Shown here: positions 9,624-20,504 of the stretch, in pieces
Layout: every line of letters begins with the position of its first letter
Position numbering within the stretch: the stretch's first letter is position 1
Source: Kiritimatiellia bacterium
GTDB taxonomy: Bacteria; Verrucomicrobiota; Kiritimatiellia; JAAZAB01
Direction of reading: 5' to 3'
DNA length: 64,000 bases
Assembly: GCA_040767085.1 (NCBI GenBank)
Contig: JAXGPF010000013.1
Location: 96,001 to 160,000, forward strand
Notes under the pieces: generated by a model
Seen by the model: only the letters and a program-made list of their open reading frames with translations
Database searches by the model: none
Told to the model about the DNA's origin: nothing
Position numbers and translations under genes: made by a program

Positions 9624-10655
9624 ATGATTACCAAGACATTGCTCGGCATTGATTTCTTCGATGAGCATTACGGCGGTGTTTACCGCGGCCGTCCGTTGCT
9701 GATTACGGGCCGCCAGGGCCTTGGCAAAACCGCCATGGGTCTGCAATTTCTGCGTCAGGGCCTGCTGCAGGATGAGTGCTGCCTGATGCTGAGCACCCTG
9801 CCGGCGAATAATCTCGATATTTACGCCGATACGCTGGGTTTCTCGCTCGCGGCGCACGTCAATGCCGGGCGTCTGATTCTACTGGAATGCAGCAATTTCA
9901 ACGGCGACTCCGGGACGGGCATGCTGCCGCCCGAAGGCTTCAACCAGTTGCGGGAAATTATTGATTCCCATATGATTCAACGGGTGGTGATTGACACGAT
10001 TGTGCCGCTGGTGGCGGTGAATCCGCCCACGCGCATAAATGAACACATCTATTCCTTTATGCGCTCTTTTGACCGCTTGGGCGTAACCACCCTGATGACG
10101 ATGCCCAAGCCGGTTTCGCCCATGGCCATCCGGCTTAAAAACGCCCTGGAAGCCACCCTGCCGATTTCAATTTTGCTGAACACTACGGATGCGCCTGCCT
10201 GCTATACGTTCCAGGTGGTGAAATACCTGGGTGCGGCGAAACTGGCGCCGCCCGTGCCGTATGAAATCAAGACGGGGGAGGGCGTTAGCCGGTACGCACC
10301 TTCCAGCGGCCAGTTGCCGGCGGAACCGCCGGCGCCCGCCGTTCCGCCGGCGTCCGGATTGAAACTTTCCGCCGCGCGAAAACTGACGCCATTGCCCGCG
10401 CCATTGCCCGCGCCGGCTGCCCAACCCCAGGCCATGCCATCTGCCATACCACCAGCCCGGTTGCAGGACGCCTTTGCCAGCGCCGGGTGGATCGGCGCTG
10501 CTGAACCGGCCAATCCCGCGCCAAAAGCCGGGGAAACTCCTGCGCCACGGCCGCCTTCCCCGCCGCCCAGCAATGGCAAACTGCGGTTTTCGGCGGTTTG
10601 GACGCCGAATGCCGCGTCAAAAAAATCGCGGCTTGACCAGGCCACACCAGGTTGA
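9624..10655 (+). CDS. Single-domain KaiC/RAD55-like RecA-superfamily ATPase with Pro-rich C-terminal tail
   Basis: GIDFFDE..GG, Walker A GRQGLGKT, RVVIDT, VVKYLG; ATG at 9624. Confidence 0.8.
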   Translation: MITKTLLGIDFFDEHYGGVYRGRPLLITGRQGLGKTAMGLQFLRQGLLQDECCLMLSTLPANNLDIYADTLGFSLAAHVNAGRLILLECSNFNGDSGTGMLPPEGFNQLREIIDSHMIQRVVIDTIVPLVAVNPPTRINEHIYSFMRSFDRLGVTTLMTMPKPVSPMAIRLKNALEATLPISILLNTTDAPACYTFQVVKYLGAAKLAPPVPYEIKTGEGVSRYAPSSGQLPAEPPAPAVPPASGLKLSAARKLTPLPAPLPAPAAQPQAMPSAIPPARLQDAFASAGWIGAAEPANPAPKAGETPAPRPPSPPPSNGKLRFSAVWTPNAASKKSRLDQATPG

Positions 10656-10662
10656 ATTATCA

Positions 10663-11505
10663 ATGTATTTAGAGTTTTGGAATCTGCGCGAACCGCCTTT
10701 TCAAAATGTGGCCGATCCGCGTTTTGCCTATTTGTGCGAGCAGCATCATGAAGGATTGGCCAGGTTGGTGTACCTGGTGCAGAACCGCAAACTCGGCGGC
10801 GTGCTGGCCGGGCCCTACGGCATCGGAAAGTCTATGGTGCTGGAGTTGCTGGCCCAGGAAGTGCGCCGCGACAACACATCGCAATTCATCGGCATGGATT
10901 ATCTGCCCGGCAAGCCGATTACGCTGGCCCGTCACATCCTGGCGCTGATGAATTACGCCGAGCAGGCGCAGTCCTTGCAGGAGCCGTTCGACGTCATTGC
11001 CTTTTTGCGCCAGAAAAACACGCAGGTCAAGCATACCGTGCTGGCGATAGACGAGGCCCAGTCCATCGCGGATCCGGAGGTTTATTACTTCCTGCAGTTG
11101 CTGACGAATATTACCATCACCGACCGCCAGCATGGCCTGTCGCCGGCGTTTACCCTCATCCTGGCCGGGGCCAGCGATCTGCATCAGGCGGTGATGAGCC
11201 GGGAATCCATCCGCCAGCGGCTGCAAATCGTCTGGAATCTGGAGCCGCTCAATCCCCGGCAGGTTGTGGAATACGTCCAGCACCGCATCCGCGTGGCCGG
11301 CGGCGATATCTGGATCTTCGATGCCGCCGCGTTGGACGCCCTGGCCCCGGCCCGGGGCATTCCGCGGCTGATCAACAACATTTGCGATGTAGCGCTGATG
11401 CTGGGATTTGCCGCCAATGTCCGGCAGGTCAACCATGACATCATGCAGCAGGCGGTGCAGGAAACCTGCGTGCAAGGCCCTCACGCCGCGCCGCCGCCGC
11501 CGTAA
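10663..11505 (+). CDS. ExeA/GspA-family AAA ATPase
   Basis: MYLEFWNLREPPF, GPYGIGKS, IDEAQ, GIPRLINNICD. Confidence 0.9.
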   Translation: MYLEFWNLREPPFQNVADPRFAYLCEQHHEGLARLVYLVQNRKLGGVLAGPYGIGKSMVLELLAQEVRRDNTSQFIGMDYLPGKPITLARHILALMNYAEQAQSLQEPFDVIAFLRQKNTQVKHTVLAIDEAQSIADPEVYYFLQLLTNITITDRQHGLSPAFTLILAGASDLHQAVMSRESIRQRLQIVWNLEPLNPRQVVEYVQHRIRVAGGDIWIFDAAALDALAPARGIPRLINNICDVALMLGFAANVRQVNHDIMQQAVQETCVQGPHAAPPPP

Positions 11506-11557
11506 ATGCTACAGGCAGGGTTGGTCAGGCCCTGACGGCCATCCGGCACGCCGCCGT

Positions 11558-13660
11558 TTACTCCAGCACGGTCAATGCCAGGGTGTCGTAAACGATCGGG
11601 CCGCCGGGGTAATTCAGGATGCCATCCAGGGCGTCAATGGCGAAAAACAGCGTGTAATGCCCGGGCGCCAGCAGCGCGCCTTCAATCAGGGTGACGGGCG
11701 AGGGCATGTCCATCAGTTGTCCCTGGTAAACGGGGCGGCACTGGTCGAAATCCCCGGCCGGAAACGGCGTCCAGATGCCGGCCTCGTTCAGGCCAAACCA
11801 GTAGTCCCCGTAATCCGGAATCACCACCATCCACCAATCGGCGGGCAAACCGGCATAGAATCCGGAAAACATGGTGGCGGTAATGGTGACCGGTTCGCCT
11901 GGTTCCACGGTCAGCGCGCCGCTGTGGCCGTTGGCCAGGATCGACGGCGCCGGCGGCAGAAACACCTGCACGTCGGTATCGCTGTCGCTGACTGCCGCGC
12001 CGGCCGGCGTCTGCCCCGTGACGGTGGCGGTGTTGGAAAACACGCCGGCAGCCAGGTCGGCGGGAGCGATGAGATAGACGCCGCTGAAGGTGGTTTTGTC
12101 CACTTCGCCCGGCGCCAGGGTCATCGGATTGCCGGCAACGGTTATGATCGGATCGCTGACCGTGACATTGGTCAGCGTCACATCGCCCTCGTTGCGGATG
12201 GTAAAAGTGTAAACGATGAAGGCCGCGTAAGTGCTGGGACTGTCAAAGCAGATTTTGCCGGTAAACGGGTAGTTATGAAACTCAAATCCCCGGTAAGTCT
12301 TGACGTCGCCGCCGAACACCGCGCGGCCTTCGATCGATCCGCCGGATAAATCCGCTGAGGCGTGGGGCGCCAGCACGGAACAGGTGTGGGTGAACCCGGA
12401 ACTGACGATATTGGTGGCATCCACGTAGTTGAAAAGCACTTTTTCGCGTGTGACGCCGCTTATGTTCATGGTGGAGTTTTGATAATGCACCTCGGCGCCA
12501 TGGATGTTTACCAGGACGGACGATTCCGGCGGCGCGGTAATGTCAAGGTAGACGTTGATGACGGCGCCGGGCGGCACGGTCAGGTTGAACACGTTCAGTG
12601 CCGGATCGTTGCCCGTCAGGGTGATGAAGTAAGGCTGCGAAGTGTCCTTGACCGCTACGCCGCGGTCGGCGAAATGGCCGAGAATGGCGCTGCGTCCGGT
12701 CAGCAGCGACTGCAGTTCGGCAAAGCTCATGCCGCTGCCGTCATACGGCGCATTGCCCTGGGCGTCGAACGTCACCGGCATGACATGGCGCAGGACATTC
12801 CCATTCGGCATGATCCGCGGGGGGCCGAAGCGTGTGCCCCCGTAAACGATGTTGCCGTTGACGTTGAAAACTCCGTCGTAAAGGTCGCCGCCGACAATCA
12901 GCATGTCCACGGCATCGCCGTAATTGACGGGGATGGGCTGGCCGACCAGGGGAATGCCCACGCTGTAGCCGACTTCGAAACGGGCCGTACCGCCCACCGC
13001 CAGCCTGTTTTCAGTATCGCCGCCCATGGCCAAGAAATCGCCGAAAATCAATGCGTTAAATGCGTGGGCCAGGCCGAAAACATCGCAGATCTGTACCGGG
13101 CGGTAAACCGTGGCGCCGGTCTTGATCAGGGAAATCGCGGCGTTCAGCGCAGTGTCGCAGTCGTCGCTGGGCCCGGTGACGAGGCCGGTGGTAATCTGTT
13201 GTCCGGCCTTGACGGCGAAGGTTATATCGTCCGCGGCATAATTGCCGTTGACGGTCATGTAATAATACCGGGTTTCAATATCCTGGAATCCCTTGTCGAA
13301 TTTCAGCCCGGAGACGCCGGTGGTCGGGTCCCGCTTTGGCCGGGCGGGGAACGATCCCGGCTCCGGCTTGCCGCCGCCGGCAATGCGGGATTCGGGATCA
13401 ACGCCATCCCATACGCCGGCATCGAGAATCAGGATGGTTTCGCAGGCCAGCCCCAGCACGTAATGGCTGATGGCCGGCGGCCCGTGCGATTCAACCATGT
13501 AAAACCAGGTGGACTGGCCGGCTTCCGGGTAATCGTACTTGACGTCCACGCAGATGACATAATGATCGCCGATATGGGACGGCTTCGCTCCCGCGATCAT
13601 GGGCAAGCAACAAACCGCGCACAACAGCGCCTGCCGCATCCAACGCATTAATGCTTGCAT
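11558..13660 (-). CDS. Secreted choice-of-anchor A domain protein with DUF11-like Ig domain and a shared C-terminal domain
   Basis: Signal peptide after GGGAGG RBS; FNALIFGDF..DTENRLAVGG, VLFNY, SVLAPHA, EFHNYPFTG; YTFTIRNEGDVTLTNVTVSD. Confidence 0.8.
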   Translation of the reverse strand: MQALMRWMRQALLCAVCCLPMIAGAKPSHIGDHYVICVDVKYDYPEAGQSTWFYMVESHGPPAISHYVLGLACETILILDAGVWDGVDPESRIAGGGKPEPGSFPARPKRDPTTGVSGLKFDKGFQDIETRYYYMTVNGNYAADDITFAVKAGQQITTGLVTGPSDDCDTALNAAISLIKTGATVYRPVQICDVFGLAHAFNALIFGDFLAMGGDTENRLAVGGTARFEVGYSVGIPLVGQPIPVNYGDAVDMLIVGGDLYDGVFNVNGNIVYGGTRFGPPRIMPNGNVLRHVMPVTFDAQGNAPYDGSGMSFAELQSLLTGRSAILGHFADRGVAVKDTSQPYFITLTGNDPALNVFNLTVPPGAVINVYLDITAPPESSVLVNIHGAEVHYQNSTMNISGVTREKVLFNYVDATNIVSSGFTHTCSVLAPHASADLSGGSIEGRAVFGGDVKTYRGFEFHNYPFTGKICFDSPSTYAAFIVYTFTIRNEGDVTLTNVTVSDPIITVAGNPMTLAPGEVDKTTFSGVYLIAPADLAAGVFSNTATVTGQTPAGAAVSDSDTDVQVFLPPAPSILANGHSGALTVEPGEPVTITATMFSGFYAGLPADWWMVVIPDYGDYWFGLNEAGIWTPFPAGDFDQCRPVYQGQLMDMPSPVTLIEGALLAPGHYTLFFAIDALDGILNYPGGPIVYDTLALTVLE

Positions 13661-13927
13661 GCCGCCTCCCTTGCTCCCGCTGGTGCCGAACGGCTGCGCC
13701 ATCAACTTTGGCCGCTCCGGCGCGGGAGGCCGACCGGAGCAGAAAACAAAACCAGGGGATGCCCCATCCGGGACATAACCTCTGCTTATGTCCCGCGTAT
13801 ATCAAAAGCGCCCAGGATGAGCAAGTTAATTTTACCGGTGTGTCGTAAACAAATGACTTGGCCGCATAATTAACAAATGATTTGTCCGCTTAAAGCTGTC
13901 AGGATGGTGCATTCAAAGGGGGGTTAT

Positions 13928-15112
13928 ATGGATGAATATCCGAAGGCAGCACTGGAGCGGGCAATGAAGGTACAGGAAGTGATCTTGCGTGCGATTGAAG
14001 GGCGGTTAATGTGGTGGGAGGCGGCGGAGATACTAGGTGTGAGCTACCGGACCATGCGGCGCTGGAAAGGGCGCTACGAGCGGTATGGTTACGACGGGCT
14101 GCTGGATCGTCGGCGGAAGATACCGGGGCCGCGGCGCGTGCCCCTTGCGACGGTGAAGCAGGTGCTGAGGTTGTACCGAGAAGAATACATGGATTTCAAT
14201 GTGAGGCATTTTCACGAGAAGCTGCAGGCGGAGCATGGGATCGAGCTCAGTTATCAGTGGGTCAAGAGCGCCTTGCAGACGGCCGGGTTGGTGGCGAAGG
14301 CCCGGAAACGAGGGCCGCATCGGCAGCAGCGGGAACGGCGACCAATGGCGGGGATGATGTTGATGGTGGATGGCAGCACCCATGCCTGGTTGCCCCTGCT
14401 GGCGGGCCAGAAGCAGGATCTGATCCTGGTGATGGACGATGCCACCAGCGAAGTCTACACGGCCTATCTTGTGCCCCAGGAAGGGACATTAACGGTGATG
14501 AAGGGGTTGAAAGAAGTCATTATTAAACATGGGGTTTTCTGCAGTCTGTACACGGATCGTGGCAGTCATTTCTTTTATACGCCCAAAGAAGGCGGGGCGG
14601 TGGACCGGCGTCAATTGACGCAAATTGGACGGGCGTTGCAACAGTTGGGGATCGAACATATTCCGAGCTATAGCCCCCAGGGACGTGGGCGAATAGAGCG
14701 GATGTTTAAGACCTGGCAAGGGCGCCTGCCGCAGGAATTAAGGCAGGCGGGAATCCGGACGATGGCCGAGGCCAACGTCTATATTCAACAACAGTTTCTG
14801 CCTTCCTTCAATCGCAACATGAAGGTGAAGGCGCGGGAAACAGGAACGTGTTTCGTGCCTTGCGGTGAGCAGGATTTGGACAGCATTTTCTGTGTGCAGC
14901 ATGCGCGAGAGGTTCAAAATGACAATACCGTGGCTGTCGGGAGTCGCCGCTTGCAGATTGGACCATCAAAATGGCGTTTCAGCTTCGCCAAGTGCCGGGT
15001 TAAAGTCTGCGAGCACCTCGATGGCACGGTGTCCATCCGTTATGGCCCGCATGTGGTTGGCCGCTACCAAGGACCGTTGAACATTTCGGCGTCGCTGGAG
15101 GACGTCGCATAA
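13928..15112 (+). CDS. DDE transposase (IS1202/IS481-like)
   Basis: N-terminal HTH (AAEILGVSYRTMRRW); catalytic VDGS, YTDRG, GRIER; SPQGRG motif. Confidence 0.92.
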   Translation: MDEYPKAALERAMKVQEVILRAIEGRLMWWEAAEILGVSYRTMRRWKGRYERYGYDGLLDRRRKIPGPRRVPLATVKQVLRLYREEYMDFNVRHFHEKLQAEHGIELSYQWVKSALQTAGLVAKARKRGPHRQQRERRPMAGMMLMVDGSTHAWLPLLAGQKQDLILVMDDATSEVYTAYLVPQEGTLTVMKGLKEVIIKHGVFCSLYTDRGSHFFYTPKEGGAVDRRQLTQIGRALQQLGIEHIPSYSPQGRGRIERMFKTWQGRLPQELRQAGIRTMAEANVYIQQQFLPSFNRNMKVKARETGTCFVPCGEQDLDSIFCVQHAREVQNDNTVAVGSRRLQIGPSKWRFSFAKCRVKVCEHLDGTVSIRYGPHVVGRYQGPLNISASLEDVA

Positions 15113-15115
15113 ACT

Positions 15116-15141
15116 TTTTCCTCCCCCGCGGGGGAGGAAAA
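15116..15141. terminator. Perfect palindrome / bidirectional terminator-like hairpin inside the IS right end
   Basis: TTTTCCTCCCCC-GC-GGGGGAGGAAAA immediately after the transposase stop. Confidence 0.55.
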
Positions 15142-15354
15142 TCCTCACCCCAGGAGCAACAACACACAATAACAAATCGGACAGATCACTTGTTACAAAA
15201 AGCGGACACTTGACTTGTTACGAACAGTTAATTTTACCGGTGAAATTTTATCGGTGTTTGCACTTGCCAAGGCTTGACATGCCGCCGGAATATGATAGGG
15301 TAACACGACATTTCGCACGGGAGTTTGATGGCGCAACTTCCGGGGTGCCGATTT

Positions 15355-15429
15355 GGGCCGTTAACTCAGCGGGAGAGTGCTATCCTCACACGGTAGAAGT
15401 CACAGGTTCAAATCCTGTACGGCCCACCA
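15355..15429 (+). tRNA. tRNA-Val(CAC)
   Basis: GGGCCGT..ACGGCCC acceptor stem; anticodon arm CTATC-CTCACAC-GGTAG; T loop TTCAAAT; encoded CCA. Confidence 0.95.
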
Positions 15430-15456
15430 TGCGCCTGCGCTGGTCCGTTCCATACC

Positions 15457-16320
15457 ATGACTGACGCCATTTCCCCCTTGTCCTGGCATGCCAGCCCTGT
15501 CTGGTTCGCCTTCGGGCTGACCATGCTGGCCGGCCTGGCTACCGGCATCGGGAGCCTGCTGGCTTTTTTCACCAATCAAACCAACCGCCGCTTCCTGGCC
15601 GTGGCCCTTGGTTTTTCCGCGGGCGTGATGATTTACGTTTCGATGGTGGAAATCTTTTTCAAGGGCCGCGAAGCGCTGGTGGCGGCCCTGGGAACGCGTC
15701 CGGGCAGTTGGGCGGCGGCGGGCGCTTTTTTCGGCGGCATGCTGCTGATTGGATTGATCGACAAACTGATTCCCGACTGGGAGAATCCCCATGAAATGCA
15801 TGGGGTGGAGGAGTTGGACACGTCCCGGGGCGACCATCCGCGGCGGCGCCAGGCGGCGCCCGTCGCGGCGCGCATGCTCCGCCTGGGCATCCTGACGGCC
15901 GTGGCGATCACCGTCCATAATTTTCCGGAAGGCCTGGCGACTTTCGTCGTGGCGTTGCGCGATCCCGCCCTGGGCTTGACCATTGCCGTGGCAATTGCCC
16001 TGCACAATATCCCCGAGGGGATTGCCGTCTCGATTCCGATTTATTACGCCACCGGCAGCCGCCGGCGCGCGCTGATTTATTCCCTGTTGTCCGGCTTGTC
16101 GGAACCCCTGGGCGCTATCGCGGGCGTGGCGCTGCTCATGCCTTTCATGTCGGAAGCAGTGTTTGGCATCTTGTTTGCCGCGGTCGCCGGCATCATGGTT
16201 TTCATCTCGCTGGACCAGTTGCTGCCTTCCGCCCAGAAATACGGCGAGCACCACCTCTCCATCTACGGACTGGTCAGCGGCATGGCGGTCATGGCCCTGA
16301 GCCTGCTGCTGTTCATCTGA
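15457..16320 (+). CDS. zupT: ZIP-family zinc transporter ZupT
   Basis: GFSAGVMIYVS, NPHE, HNFPEG, HNIPEG, DQLLP. Confidence 0.93.
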   Translation: MTDAISPLSWHASPVWFAFGLTMLAGLATGIGSLLAFFTNQTNRRFLAVALGFSAGVMIYVSMVEIFFKGREALVAALGTRPGSWAAAGAFFGGMLLIGLIDKLIPDWENPHEMHGVEELDTSRGDHPRRRQAAPVAARMLRLGILTAVAITVHNFPEGLATFVVALRDPALGLTIAVAIALHNIPEGIAVSIPIYYATGSRRRALIYSLLSGLSEPLGAIAGVALLMPFMSEAVFGILFAAVAGIMVFISLDQLLPSAQKYGEHHLSIYGLVSGMAVMALSLLLFI

Positions 16321-16323
16321 TGG

Positions 16324-17016
16324 TCAGTCCCGCCGTCCGCCCAGCAGCCCCGAGCGGACCAGGTAATAGAGCAGGGTCATCAGGGCCGACACCACGGCGG
16401 CTACGTAAGTCAGAAACGCCGCGTTCAAGACCTTGCCCGCGTGCGCCTGCTCGGATGGCGTGACGATCCCGGCCGTCACCATCAGCCGCTTGGCGCGGGC
16501 GGTGGCGTTCCATTCCACCGGCAGGGTGACGATGGAGAAAATCACCACCAGGCCGAACAGGGCAATGCCCAGCATCAGCAGGGCGGGGAAGTTGAAAAGC
16601 ATCCCCAGGATAAAAATGATGTAGGACGCATGGCTGCCGAACTGGGTTGCCGGCACCAGCGCCGAACGCAGGTAAAGCGGCGTGTAATGCGCCGCATGCT
16701 GGATGGCATGGCCCGCTTCATGGCAGGCAACGCCGACCGCCGAGAGCGAGGGCGAGTCGTACACCTTGGACGACAGGCGCAATGTGCGCGAGATGGGATC
16801 GTAATGGTCGCTCAGAAAACCGTCCACCCGCTCGATGCGCACGCGGGGGATGCCTTCGCTTTCCAGCAGGCGGCGCGCCGCCTCCGCGCCGGTAACGCCG
16901 GAGGCCACGCCCACGCGAGAGTATTTTTTAAAAGTGCTGTGGGTGTACCAGGAAGCCAGCCCCGCCAGCGCCATGGCCGGCAGCAGCATCATGAAATATA
17001 ACGGATCGAAAAACAT
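16324..17016 (-). CDS. Membrane zinc metallopeptidase (YugP-like)
   Basis: LSDHYDP, ACHEAGHAIQH (HExxH), TLPVEWNA, LNAAFLTY. Confidence 0.9.
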   Translation of the reverse strand: MFFDPLYFMMLLPAMALAGLASWYTHSTFKKYSRVGVASGVTGAEAARRLLESEGIPRVRIERVDGFLSDHYDPISRTLRLSSKVYDSPSLSAVGVACHEAGHAIQHAAHYTPLYLRSALVPATQFGSHASYIIFILGMLFNFPALLMLGIALFGLVVIFSIVTLPVEWNATARAKRLMVTAGIVTPSEQAHAGKVLNAAFLTYVAAVVSALMTLLYYLVRSGLLGGRRD

Positions 17017-17234
17017 TGCCTGCTTCTCCTGTCAGATTCAAGTTCCGCATTGTCCGCGCAGCCGGAAGGGGCTGCAGTTTTCGGCTCTTCATTGTAACGG
17101 GGCGGCTTGGAAATTCAAGGCCAATCCAACCGCCGCGCCCAAGCGGGCGCATCTGCGATTCGTTGCAGGCAACCAGGCGCCGGCAACGCGATTGGTTGCT
17201 TGCGCACAGCCTTTGGCCGCGCAGCGGCTTTGGA

Positions 17235-18290
17235 TTACGCAGGCTGCGGCCGCCCTTCCCAGCCCCTGGCATGCCCGGGGCCCCGGCCGACATGTCGGCC
17301 AAGGCCATGGATTCTGGCGACGACACAAGCCGCGCATCTTTCGGGCGATTCGTCAATACAGGGCTTGCCGGGATATATGAGGTAATCTTTCCGGTATTGA
17401 GCAGGGGAACTGTTTGGCATGAAAATGTTGGCGCCTCGCTGCAAGGCCAGGTTCCGGCCATAACCCGGGAAAACCGCGTCGTAAGCCGTGGTGGCGGGAA
17501 TGTGCGCCCGCGGATTGAATATTCGCAAAACCGCCAGCGCCTTGAAGAAGATTTCATCATTGCCTGCATAGGCGTTTTTCTCATGCGCCAGGGGGGTATC
17601 GGGATGCGGAATAAACGGGCCGATGCCGATCATATCGAGATTCAGCTCCCGGCATAATAAGATATTGTTCGCCAGTGTATCCCGCGTTTCGCCCGGCAGA
17701 CCGATCATGAAACCGCTGCCCACCTGAACCCCCGTCGCTCGAAGCATTCGCAGACAATCGAGCCGTTCCGCCAGCGTGCAATCGGGGTGTATCCGTCGAA
17801 ATAAATCCGCGTCGCTGGTTTCAAATCGCAGCAGGTAACGATCCATGCCGCAATCCCGCCAATATTGATAGGTTTCCCGGGGACGATTGCCGGCCGACAG
17901 CGTTACGGCCAGATTGGTTTCAGCCTTGATGCGGCTGATAATTTCTCCAAGCGTTTTGTCTTGCAGGCCCTGGCCTTCGCCGGATTGCATGACGATCGTG
18001 GTTTGATAAGTTCCGGCCATTTGCCGCGCAACCTCCATGATGGCCTCCGCGGTCATCGCATAGCGCCTGACTTTCCGATTGGAACGGCGCAACCCGCAAT
18101 ACAGGCAATCATTCGCACAGATATTGGAAAACTCCAGTATCCCTCGAATAAAAACAGCATCACCCATCCAATGGCGTCGGACCGAATCCGCTTGGCGGTA
18201 TAATTTTTTAAGCGCATCATTTTCGGCTTCAAACATTTGCAAAATTGATGCGGCAAGGCCGTAAATATTTTTTGTTTTTTCTGTTGACAT
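17235..18290 (-). CDS. hydE: [FeFe]-hydrogenase maturase HydE (radical SAM)
   Basis: CANDCLYCGLR, YLLRFET, GIGPFIPHPDTPL, PATTA, GANIFMPN, YLIYPGK, C-terminal Cx7Cx2C. Confidence 0.88.
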   Translation of the reverse strand: MSTEKTKNIYGLAASILQMFEAENDALKKLYRQADSVRRHWMGDAVFIRGILEFSNICANDCLYCGLRRSNRKVRRYAMTAEAIMEVARQMAGTYQTTIVMQSGEGQGLQDKTLGEIISRIKAETNLAVTLSAGNRPRETYQYWRDCGMDRYLLRFETSDADLFRRIHPDCTLAERLDCLRMLRATGVQVGSGFMIGLPGETRDTLANNILLCRELNLDMIGIGPFIPHPDTPLAHEKNAYAGNDEIFFKALAVLRIFNPRAHIPATTAYDAVFPGYGRNLALQRGANIFMPNSSPAQYRKDYLIYPGKPCIDESPERCAACVVARIHGLGRHVGRGPGHARGWEGRPQPA

Positions 18291-18311
18291 ATTCCATATC
18301 CTCGGGTTAAA

Positions 18312-18330
18312 TACCAGCAATTTGATAGTA
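18312..18330. promoter_or_regulatory. Candidate Rrf2 operator between divergent hydE and rrf2
   Basis: Imperfect palindrome TACCAGCAA-T-TTGATAGTA (7/9) in the 53-bp intergenic gap. Confidence 0.45.
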
Positions 18331-18343
18331 ATACTCGAAATTT

Positions 18344-18790
18344 ATGAAAATGTCAACTAAAGGTCGTTACGGATTGCGGTTTATGATTGATCTGGCCGCC
18401 AATGGACAGTCGCATGGCAAGGTATCCTTGAACCATGCGGCCGAGCGTCAGGGAATCTCGGCAAAGTACCTTTGGCAGATTGCCAGCCGACTTAAGTCGG
18501 CCGGATTGATCCATGCTATTCCAGGCGCTTATGGAGGATATGCGTTGGCGAAGTCTCCCGACGCAATCACTCTGGCGGAGATTCTGGAGACGCTGGAGGG
18601 GGACTTCCATCTGGTTCCCTGCGTTGCCAGGTCGTCTGTTTGCCGGCGGAGCGGTTCGTGCGTATCGCAGATAGTTTGGCGCGAACTCAGCGCTAAAATA
18701 AACGAAGTGCTGACATCAATGACTTTGAGCGATATAATACGGAAACAAGCGGACCTCGCGGCGGTGGCGCCGATTGCTTACACGATTTAA
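18344..18790 (+). CDS. Rrf2-family transcriptional regulator (IscR/CymR-like)
   Basis: STKGRYGLR, ISAKYL, GAYGGYAL; three Cys (PC..VC..SC). Confidence 0.92.
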   Translation: MKMSTKGRYGLRFMIDLAANGQSHGKVSLNHAAERQGISAKYLWQIASRLKSAGLIHAIPGAYGGYALAKSPDAITLAEILETLEGDFHLVPCVARSSVCRRSGSCVSQIVWRELSAKINEVLTSMTLSDIIRKQADLAAVAPIAYTI

Positions 18791-18861
18791 AAGCGTCGGC
18801 GTAGTTATCGCCGGGTCGGGCTGGAAATAATTGTTGAAGATCGGATTCAATATTAAAGGAA

Positions 18862-20402
<1,541 letters not shown>

Positions 20403-20504
20403 GGATTTCCGCCGCGGCTGCCGCATGCCGTTGGCTGTCTGATTGTAGATCTGTAAGTAACCGCACCGGCGATATTTTGCCGCGCACAAAAAAGGAGAAG
20501 AAAC

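Larger units (their letters stand above)
13841..15226 (+). mobile_element. Complete IS1202-family (formerly ISNCY) insertion sequence, 1386 bp
   Basis: TGT..ACA ends; two AACAAnTnAnnTGnCCG motifs in each end; 16-bp direct repeat GTTAATTTTACCGGTG at 13825-13840 and 15227-15242. Confidence 0.9.

Noticed and set aside
9624-10655. Circadian clock kaiC
   Set aside because: Single ATPase domain and no kaiA/kaiB.
13713-13795. Two hairpins upstream of the choice-of-anchor A gene as a riboswitch
   Set aside because: Stems are present (GCTCCGG/CCGGAGC; CGGGACATAA/TTATGTCCCG) but match no aptamer consensus I recognise.
15355-15429. tRNA-Val as an island integration site
   Set aside because: No duplicated tRNA-Val 3' end or integrase seen in the window.
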